Shown one piece after another: positions 57,812 to 64,000 of a stretch of 64,000 bases of DNA; positions within the stretch are counted from its first letter, which is position 1; every line of letters starts with the position of its first letter. Location: assembly GCA_024276465.1 (NCBI GenBank), contig JAJRXD010000054.1, positions 2,931 through 66,930 of the forward strand, written 5' to 3'. The translations under genes and the position numbers were made by a program. The notes under the pieces are model-generated. The model had not been told where the DNA came from, ran no database searches, and saw only the letters and a program-made list of their open reading frames with translations. Source of the stretch: Deltaproteobacteria bacterium (lineage in GTDB: Bacteria > Desulfobacterota > WTBG01 > CAIYCZ01 > CAIRTM01).

Positions 57812-58462
57812 ATGGAAGAAAACAGTTATTTATTGCGGGAAGATGGGACAGAACCCAATGGTGTCTCAATCAGGGCGGTTGATATTCTGCAACAGAAATT
57901 TTCTGTCAGGTTCAGAGGATATGATGTGCAGGATGTGGACTCTTTCCTTGAGGTTGTTGCAAAGGAGCTGGAAAGGCTGACATATGAAAATACAAAAATA
58001 CAGGAGGAAGTTTCTGTTCTGAGGAATAGCCTTGAGATGTATAAAAAAAAGGAGGAGAATATTCATGCCGCGCTTGTCACTGTACAGAAAATGGCTGATG
58101 ACGTAAAGAAAAGCGCTGCTGAAGAGGCAGAAAAAACGATTTCTTGTGCAAAAAATGAGGCTGAAAAAATTGTTGAAGAAGCACGTCACAAGAGTGCTTC
58201 AATTAACGAGGACATGGGTGTGATGAAGGGCAGAGCAGAGAATGAGGCCCAGAAGGTTATTAATGATGCCAGGGCTGAGGCTGACAGGATTAAGGATGAG
58301 CTTCAGCGTGCAAAATCAGGTTATGAAGATGCCATGCAGCATGAAAAAATCAAGCTTCAGACGGAAATAAACACATTAACACAAAGAAAAATTCAATTCC
58401 AGACATCTCTTAAAGCACTTATTGAAACCCACCAGAAATTGTTAGAAAGTGAAACAGAATAA
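57812..58462 (+). CDS. DivIVA-domain coiled-coil protein
   Basis: 216 aa. 'ILQQKFSVRFRGYDVQDVDSFLE', then a long coiled coil. Confidence 0.8.
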   Translation: MEENSYLLREDGTEPNGVSIRAVDILQQKFSVRFRGYDVQDVDSFLEVVAKELERLTYENTKIQEEVSVLRNSLEMYKKKEENIHAALVTVQKMADDVKKSAAEEAEKTISCAKNEAEKIVEEARHKSASINEDMGVMKGRAENEAQKVINDARAEADRIKDELQRAKSGYEDAMQHEKIKLQTEINTLTQRKIQFQTSLKALIETHQKLLESETE

Positions 58463-58467
58463 TTGCA

Positions 58468-58764
58468 GTGTGTAAAGGAGTTATTTATCCTACAAAAAAA
58501 GGGATAGAAATTAATATCTCAGTCCTGCCAGGGTCATCTCGATGTAAAATTATGGGTATACATGACAACTCCCTTAAAATTAAATTAACAAAGCCACCTG
58601 TTGATGGTCAGGCAAATGCCGAGTGCTGCAGAGCTATGGCTAAAGTGTTAGGAGTTCCAAAGTCCAGGGTTAGTATTGTCCGGGGAATGGCTTCCAGGAG
58701 CAAGGTCCTCCTTGTTAAAGGTGTTTCAGAGGAGCAGGTAAAGGAGCGGCTGTTGCGGGGTTGA
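58468..58764 (+). CDS. DUF167/YggU-family protein
   Basis: 98 aa. 'LKIKLTKPPVDGQANAE', 'VSIVRGMASRSK'. Confidence 0.8.
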   Translation: MCKGVIYPTKKGIEINISVLPGSSRCKIMGIHDNSLKIKLTKPPVDGQANAECCRAMAKVLGVPKSRVSIVRGMASRSKVLLVKGVSEEQVKERLLRG

Positions 58765-58822
58765 TGAATGGTTCGGGTTAAGGATTTTACTCCTCAACAT
58801 ATCTATTGATATGCCTGTGTTG

Positions 58823-58833
58823 CAGAATCGCTC
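58823..58833 (+). repeat. Partial copy of the 'CAGAATCGCTC' motif inside a repeat-rich convergent intergenic region
   Basis: 'cagaatcgctccaactgagcg' contains a CGCTC/GAGCG hairpin. Downstream, 'cttgctgcgaagcc' resembles 17090-17110. Confidence 0.45.
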
Positions 58834-58895
58834 CAACTGAGCGTTTCGCTGCGGTTTTCTCCGCCTTGCTGCGAAGCCTGATGCAAAATCCGCTA

Positions 58896-61800
58896 TTATT
58901 GTTGTGATTCCCCTCTGAACTTATTAAAAAGGTCGTCGAAAAGTGTGTAAGTTACAGGTACAACAAAGAGTGTAAGAATGGTCGAGGTTGCAAGTCCTCC
59001 GATAACTGCCAGTGCCATCGGCGCTCTGGTTTCACCACCTGCTCCAAGTCCCATGGCAACCGGGAAAACACCGGCAATGGTTGATATTGCTGTCATAAGT
59101 ATGGGCCTCAGCCTCACAGGACCTGCCTGAAGTACTGCCTGCCGTATTTTCATTCCCCTGTTTCGCAGTGTATTAGTATAGTCTACAAGAAGGATTGAAT
59201 TTTTTACCACGAGCCCGACCAGCATAAGCATCCCGATAAGACTCATTATATTTATTGTATTACCAGTCAGAAACAGAGCGCTCAATGCCCCAATGATGCT
59301 CAAAGGGAGAGCAAGCATAACAGTAAATGGATGTATAAAACTTTCAAACTGGGAGGCAAGAACCATGTAGGTGATAAGAATAGTGAGAAAAAATGCAAAA
59401 ATAAATGAGTTTTTTGTTTCAGTCATGGTTCCTGCCTGGCCTGAGAATTCAACAGAATAATCATGCGGTACTGTTTCAGATATGATTTTTTTTGTGTCAT
59501 CCATTGCTTCGCCAAGGGTTTTACCTCTTTCAAGGTCTGCATAGATTGTAATGCTTCTCATGCGGTCGAAGCGATTTATTATATCCGGTCCGACGTCCTC
59601 GCTGACATTAACTATATTGCTTAAGCGGATCAAGTTTCCATTCCTGCTTTTTACCAGAAGCCTGTTTATGTCAGTAAGTGTTTTGCGCTGTTCAGGAATA
59701 AGCCGTACCCGTACATCATAGCTTTTGCCCCCCTCTTTGAATTCTCCAATTTCCCTTCCTCCAATCAGGGTGTTAATAGTCAGAGCCACTGTTCTTATGT
59801 CTATACCTAAATCTGCTGCCTTATCCCGGTCGATCTTAACCCTTATTTCAGGTTTTGTCAGTTCCATGTCGGAACCGACACCAACAATACCAGGCACTGA
59901 TCTTAATTTATCAATGGTGTTTTGAGATATTTTTGAAAGACGGGAAAGCTCTGGCCCTTTTATTTTAAACTGGAGTGGTGCGTTTCTGCCACCCATTCCG
60001 CCGCCAAGTGCATTAATGTCTTCAACATAGGCAACTATTCCCGGGATGTTGTTCAGTGCTTTCCTGAGATATGCCATTATTTCAATCTGGGTACGGTTGC
60101 GTTTTCCTGAATCCTTGAGCTGGACAAACAGGAAACCTTTATTGGTTGTTGATCTGGGTCCGCCTGCACCAATCAGGGCAAAAAGGCTTTTCACTTCAGG
60201 CAGTTTCTGGATAATTTTTTCACAGTGGGCAAGTTTCTTATCAGCAAGATCAAGCGATGTTCCCACTGTACACTCAATTCTTGCAACAAAGTCATCCCTG
60301 TTTTCTTTTTGAATAAGTTCCAGCCCTAAAACTTTAAAAAACCCCAGACTTAAAATAAAAACTATCAGTGCAGCAGCAATTACAGATGGGCGATGGTTAA
60401 GACACCAGGAGAGTGAGTTTTTGTACAGCTTTTCAATATAAAGAAATGTATTTTCCAGGGACCCATAGAGTCTGCCATGCTTTTTACTCACCTTTAAGAA
60501 ACGGGAGCAGAGCATGGGTGTAAGGGTTAATGCCACAAAAAGTGATATGAGTACTGCTGCAGAGACAGTAACCCCGAACTGAAAATAAAACCTCCCTATT
60601 AAGCCGCTTATGAAAGCAACTGGAATAAACACAGCTACAATTGACAGTGTTGCAGCAGTTGCAGCAAAAGCGATTTCATTTGTTCCCTCCCTTGCAGAAA
60701 CAACAGGGTCTTTGCCCATCTCTCCATGCCTGAAAATATTTTCAATGACCACTATGGCGTCATCAATAACCAGGCCAACGCACAAGCTCAGGGCAAGCAT
60801 GGTCATGGTGTTCATTGTAAATCCCAGTGCATGCATTACACTGAATGTGCCGGCAATTGAAGTTGGAATGGCCAGAGCAACTATGATGGTGCTGCGAATG
60901 CTGCGCAAAAAGATAAACACAACAATTGCTGCAAGAATCCCTCCAAAAAAAAGATCAAACTGGACATCAGAAATTGACTTTTCAATGAACTCGGATGAAT
61001 CGAATGCCACATCGAGATTCACTCCGGAGGGAGAAATCTTCCGGAGTTTGCGCATGGTATCTTTTACGCGGTTGCAGACATCGACCTGGTTTGCTCCTGA
61101 GCGCGCTATTATGCCTAACCCGATAGAGTTTATTCCCTGAAAACGACCCACTGATCGCTTGTCTTCAACACCGTCTTCAGCAAAACCAATATCCTGTAAT
61201 CGTATGGTAGAACCATTGAGGTAGGATATGATCAGCTTGTTGAAATCATCAGCGCTTTTAAGCTCCCCCATTGTTTTTACTGTCAGTTCACGCGTGGGGC
61301 TTTCTATCCTTCCGCCGGGCAGCTCGACGTTTTTATTCAGGATTGCCGCCTCAACATCATCTGATGTAATGTGGTATGCCTCCATCTTTCTTGCATCAAG
61401 CCATATGCGCATTTCACGTTCCTGAAATCCTCCAATGACAATACCTCCGACACCGCGAAGTGTTTCAAATCGTGGTTTGAACAGTTCATCAGAAACAAGT
61501 CCTAAATATTTTCTGGGAAAATTTCCGCTAACTGAAATCCAGATGATAGGATGCGCTGCAATGTCAACTTTACTTATAACAGGCGGATCAGTGTTTTTGG
61601 GAAGATAGCGGTTTGCAAGGGATATTTTGTCACGGATGTCCTGAGCTGCAATGTCAATGTTTTGTTCAAGATCAAACTCAACTGTTACGCGTGACATTCC
61701 CTGAGAACTTGAAGAGGAGATATGCTTGATACCCTCAACAGAACTTATCGCTTCTTCAATAGGGTCTGTAAGTTCGGTTTCACTAACCTCCGGACTTGAC

Positions 61801-61958
61801 CCGGACAGAGTGGTAGTAATGCTGACAATTGGAAAGTCAACATTAGGATAGCGGGCTATTCCCATTCGCCAGCGACTGATGAGCCCGAAAAGTATAAGGG
61901 CTGCTATCATCATTGTGGCAAAAACAGGTCTTTTAATGGATAAGTCAGGCAGTATCAC
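58896..61958 (-). CDS. RND efflux transporter permease (HAE1/AcrB-like)
   Basis: 1020 aa. 12 TM segments with two large periplasmic loops. 'VIDDAIVVIENI'. Confidence 0.95.
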   Translation of the reverse strand: MILPDLSIKRPVFATMMIAALILFGLISRWRMGIARYPNVDFPIVSITTTLSGSSPEVSETELTDPIEEAISSVEGIKHISSSSSQGMSRVTVEFDLEQNIDIAAQDIRDKISLANRYLPKNTDPPVISKVDIAAHPIIWISVSGNFPRKYLGLVSDELFKPRFETLRGVGGIVIGGFQEREMRIWLDARKMEAYHITSDDVEAAILNKNVELPGGRIESPTRELTVKTMGELKSADDFNKLIISYLNGSTIRLQDIGFAEDGVEDKRSVGRFQGINSIGLGIIARSGANQVDVCNRVKDTMRKLRKISPSGVNLDVAFDSSEFIEKSISDVQFDLFFGGILAAIVVFIFLRSIRSTIIVALAIPTSIAGTFSVMHALGFTMNTMTMLALSLCVGLVIDDAIVVIENIFRHGEMGKDPVVSAREGTNEIAFAATAATLSIVAVFIPVAFISGLIGRFYFQFGVTVSAAVLISLFVALTLTPMLCSRFLKVSKKHGRLYGSLENTFLYIEKLYKNSLSWCLNHRPSVIAAALIVFILSLGFFKVLGLELIQKENRDDFVARIECTVGTSLDLADKKLAHCEKIIQKLPEVKSLFALIGAGGPRSTTNKGFLFVQLKDSGKRNRTQIEIMAYLRKALNNIPGIVAYVEDINALGGGMGGRNAPLQFKIKGPELSRLSKISQNTIDKLRSVPGIVGVGSDMELTKPEIRVKIDRDKAADLGIDIRTVALTINTLIGGREIGEFKEGGKSYDVRVRLIPEQRKTLTDINRLLVKSRNGNLIRLSNIVNVSEDVGPDIINRFDRMRSITIYADLERGKTLGEAMDDTKKIISETVPHDYSVEFSGQAGTMTETKNSFIFAFFLTILITYMVLASQFESFIHPFTVMLALPLSIIGALSALFLTGNTINIMSLIGMLMLVGLVVKNSILLVDYTNTLRNRGMKIRQAVLQAGPVRLRPILMTAISTIAGVFPVAMGLGAGGETRAPMALAVIGGLATSTILTLFVVPVTYTLFDDLFNKFRGESQQ

Positions 61959-61991
61959 TTGATGGTTTTAATCAAAAATATCAGTTTAATA

Positions 61992-63101
61992 TTATGTGTC
62001 AGATGCATTTATGACTTTTACAGGAGTTCCCTCGGAAATTTCACTTCGTCCATAAACAACAATGTAATCATCGGCAGAAATGCCATGCAGTATTTCAACT
62101 TTACCGTCAAAACGAATACCAGGAGTAACTTTTTTGTATTTGATTCTGTTGTTCTCAACAGCCATTGCAACAAAACTGCCTTTTCTGACCACAACAGCAC
62201 TTTCAGGTAGCAGAAAAGCTTTTTTTGCGCCGGTAAAAACAGTCACATTAACAAAGAAACCGGGCTTAAGTTTGTAGTCGCTGTTGTCAACCCACGCCTT
62301 AACTTCAATTGTGCGGGTATTAGCATCAGCTTTGGGATTAATAAAATATATTTTCCCATTAAAAGTTTCACCGGGATAGGCGCGGGTGGTGATATTAACC
62401 TTCAGTCCCTGCCTGACAGCAGCAATATCTTTTTCAGGGAGGTTGAAGACCAGTTTAAGAGGGGTTAAATCAACAACTTTCATGAGTTGAGCTGCTACTT
62501 TAACATATTCCCCTGCTGATACAATTCTTTCGCTTACAACGCCGTCAAGCGGTGAAAGAACCTTGGTGTCTCTGACTGATTTTTTAGACAGATTAAGTCT
62601 TGCCGACAATTCCTCAACAACTGACTGATTAAGGGATACCTGGGTTTCAGCATCGTCAAATTCATCCCGTCCGATGATCCCGTCCTGGTAAAGTCTGTTA
62701 ATCCTGTTAAATGTTGCCCGGGCATTTTTAAGTTTGGCAACAGCCTCTTTTAACATGGCATTTGTCTCTTCTGCTTCAAGACGAAATTTTTCATCATCTA
62801 TTTCCATTAACATCCCGCCTTTTTTTACAATAGATCCTTCGTCAGCATAGAGTATCTTTATCGTACCCGCAACTTTGGCCCCAATTGTAATCTCATTTTC
62901 AGGGAAAAAGCTCCCTACAGCTTCGAGAGTGTGTGAGACTTCTTCATAAAACGGCTTTGTAATTTCAACAGGGAATGTTTTGTCTGTCGGTTTGTCAGAT
63001 GTAGAAATAGTGTTTTGATTGTCTTTGCAACCGGATGTTGCCAGAAGCAACAGGAAACAATATATGACTGACTTGTTGGGGGCGGTTATTTTCAAGTTCA
63101 T
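61992..63101 (-). CDS. RND efflux periplasmic adaptor (MFP)
   Basis: 369 aa. Lipoprotein-like signal 'LLLLATSGC', coiled-coil hairpin, beta-barrel region. Confidence 0.9.
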   Translation of the reverse strand: MNLKITAPNKSVIYCFLLLLATSGCKDNQNTISTSDKPTDKTFPVEITKPFYEEVSHTLEAVGSFFPENEITIGAKVAGTIKILYADEGSIVKKGGMLMEIDDEKFRLEAEETNAMLKEAVAKLKNARATFNRINRLYQDGIIGRDEFDDAETQVSLNQSVVEELSARLNLSKKSVRDTKVLSPLDGVVSERIVSAGEYVKVAAQLMKVVDLTPLKLVFNLPEKDIAAVRQGLKVNITTRAYPGETFNGKIYFINPKADANTRTIEVKAWVDNSDYKLKPGFFVNVTVFTGAKKAFLLPESAVVVRKGSFVAMAVENNRIKYKKVTPGIRFDGKVEILHGISADDYIVVYGRSEISEGTPVKVINASDT

Positions 63102-63109
63102 GGGAGTAA

Positions 63110-63553
63110 TCAGGGTGCCTTTGTTAACAGCTTATCTTCTATATTTGTCAGGATCATGGAAAGAAGATTTTCAAGATGTTTTATGTCATTATCTGAAACA
63201 TTTCGAGTTATTTCACGGCTGGCTTTTTTTTGCATTTTCATAAGATTTTCTTTCATTTTCAATGCATTCTGAGTTAAATATACTTCAATAACTCTTCTGT
63301 CCCGCTTGCTTCTTTTCCTTTTCAGCAAATTCTTTTTTTCCATCCTGTCAATTATTCCTGTAATGGTTGGACCATCTCTGGAAAGCCTTCTGCCTAATTC
63401 AGTTAAAAAAAGACCATCTTCGTTCCATAGCGTTAACAGGACTTCAAATTGAGGGGGTGTGATGTTGTATTTTTTCATCTGGGATTCAAAGAAATTCCGC
63501 ATGGCTCTGTGAATTTTACCTATTAAATCATTTATAATTCTATAAGTTGGCAT
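63110..63553 (-). CDS. MarR-family transcriptional regulator
   Basis: 147 aa. 'ITPPQFEVLLTLW', 'LVKRKRSKRDRR'-type wing ('LLKRKRSKRDRRVIEVYLT'). Confidence 0.9.
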   Translation of the reverse strand: MPTYRIINDLIGKIHRAMRNFFESQMKKYNITPPQFEVLLTLWNEDGLFLTELGRRLSRDGPTITGIIDRMEKKNLLKRKRSKRDRRVIEVYLTQNALKMKENLMKMQKKASREITRNVSDNDIKHLENLLSMILTNIEDKLLTKAP

Positions 63554-63584
63554 AGCTTCAGGAAGATTTATTAAGTTAATAAAG

Positions 63585-64000
63585 TTATAAAGTCAGGCCC
63601 TTGTTTTCTAAAAGGACTCCCATGATACGTGAAAGATTTGCAAGAGATTTGCTGTGCTCTGACTGCGCAAAAGCAAGAGTGCTTTCAGCCTTTGCCAGGT
63701 CATCCTGGAATTCCAGAAGGTCATGTGTTGTGGACATTCCCACCCTGTATTTTTTTTCTTCAGCCTTAAGTTTTTCTTCAGCAAGCCTGCGGGATGCAAT
63801 GGCAGTATCAATTACTTTACTGGTCGTTCTGACCAGGCGAACAGCATCCCGTACCTCGTTTATAATGATGTTTTCCCTGTTTTTCAGACTTGTAAGGGAT
63901 TGTGCAACTTTAACCCTGGCCTTTGAATACTGGCTTTTTGCAAGCCTGTTTTCAATGGGAAACTCTATTTTAATGCCGATTGTGTAACTGTAAAAATCAC
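63585..64000 (-). CDS. TolC-family outer membrane efflux protein, C-terminal 137 aa; the ORF enters from the right edge
   Basis: My own translation of the minus strand: '...AQSLTSLKNRENIIINEVRDAVRLV...KYRVGMSTTHDLLEFQDDLAKAESTLAFAQSEHSKSLANLSRIMG', stop at 63585-63587. Not in the ORF track. Confidence 0.8.
   Translation of the reverse strand, partial: DFYSYTIGIKIEFPIENRLAKSQYSKARVKVAQSLTSLKNRENIIINEVRDAVRLVRTTSKVIDTAIASRRLAEEKLKAEEKKYRVGMSTTHDLLEFQDDLAKAESTLAFAQSEHSKSLANLSRIMGVLLENKGLTL

Noticed and set aside
63601-63987. 128-aa + strand ORF, plus 63608-63811 (-) and 63723-63926 (+)
   Set aside because: A different minus-strand frame encodes a clear TolC-family C-terminus that continues past the window edge. 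The listed ORFs are low-complexity.
58896-64000. The TolC-MarR-MFP-RND cluster as something novel
   Set aside because: It is a standard tripartite efflux operon with its repressor. I saw nothing unusual in order, size or motifs.

Overview
The window is about 40% GC and mostly densely packed housekeeping genes. Gene content (LL-DAP aminotransferase, UPF0280, a TIGR04073-type protein, an STT3 homologue) suggests a Desulfobacterota-like anaerobe, but that is inference only. Confident calls include mnmE, dapL, rsmA, dnaE, gltX, glnS, era, alr, hisG, truA, pheA-hisC-tyrA-cmk-rpsA-sppA, valS-nadC-coaX-yggT-divIVA-DUF167, and a TolC-MarR-MFP-RND efflux operon that runs off the right edge. I saw no rRNA genes, tRNA genes or CRISPR array.

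I did not find a clear-cut novel multi-gene system. What follows are separate observations, and all family assignments are motif reading by eye with no database search.

- **Oligosaccharyltransferase at the left edge:** a minus-strand ORF absent from the ORF track encodes an STT3/PglB-type enzyme with WWDHG, TISE and RFDTD motifs. It sits directly downstream of a GtrB/DPM1-like GT2.
- **Small mobile/accessory patch (19.1-22.4 kb):** a RAYT/IS200-like Y1 transposase with a DnaA-C-like HTH tail is bounded by inverted 17-nt repeats. Next to it is a GC-rich ORF-free segment resembling the 5' domains of a group II intron, then a secreted 7-repeat propeller protein.
- **Intergenic repeat families:** one is a 'GTAGGAGC + hairpin + CGA' REP family very like Pseudomonas REPs; two other short dispersed repeat families are also present.
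- **truA start:** the conserved N-terminus has no canonical start codon and lies one frame off an upstream ATG, across an A9 run.
- **Unusual fusions:** an M1 peptidase + ChaN/Tiki + PDZ protein, and an MFS + PCP_red protein.
- **Orphan ATPases:** an OppD/OppF-like pair with no permease gene, followed by a LysM membrane protein.
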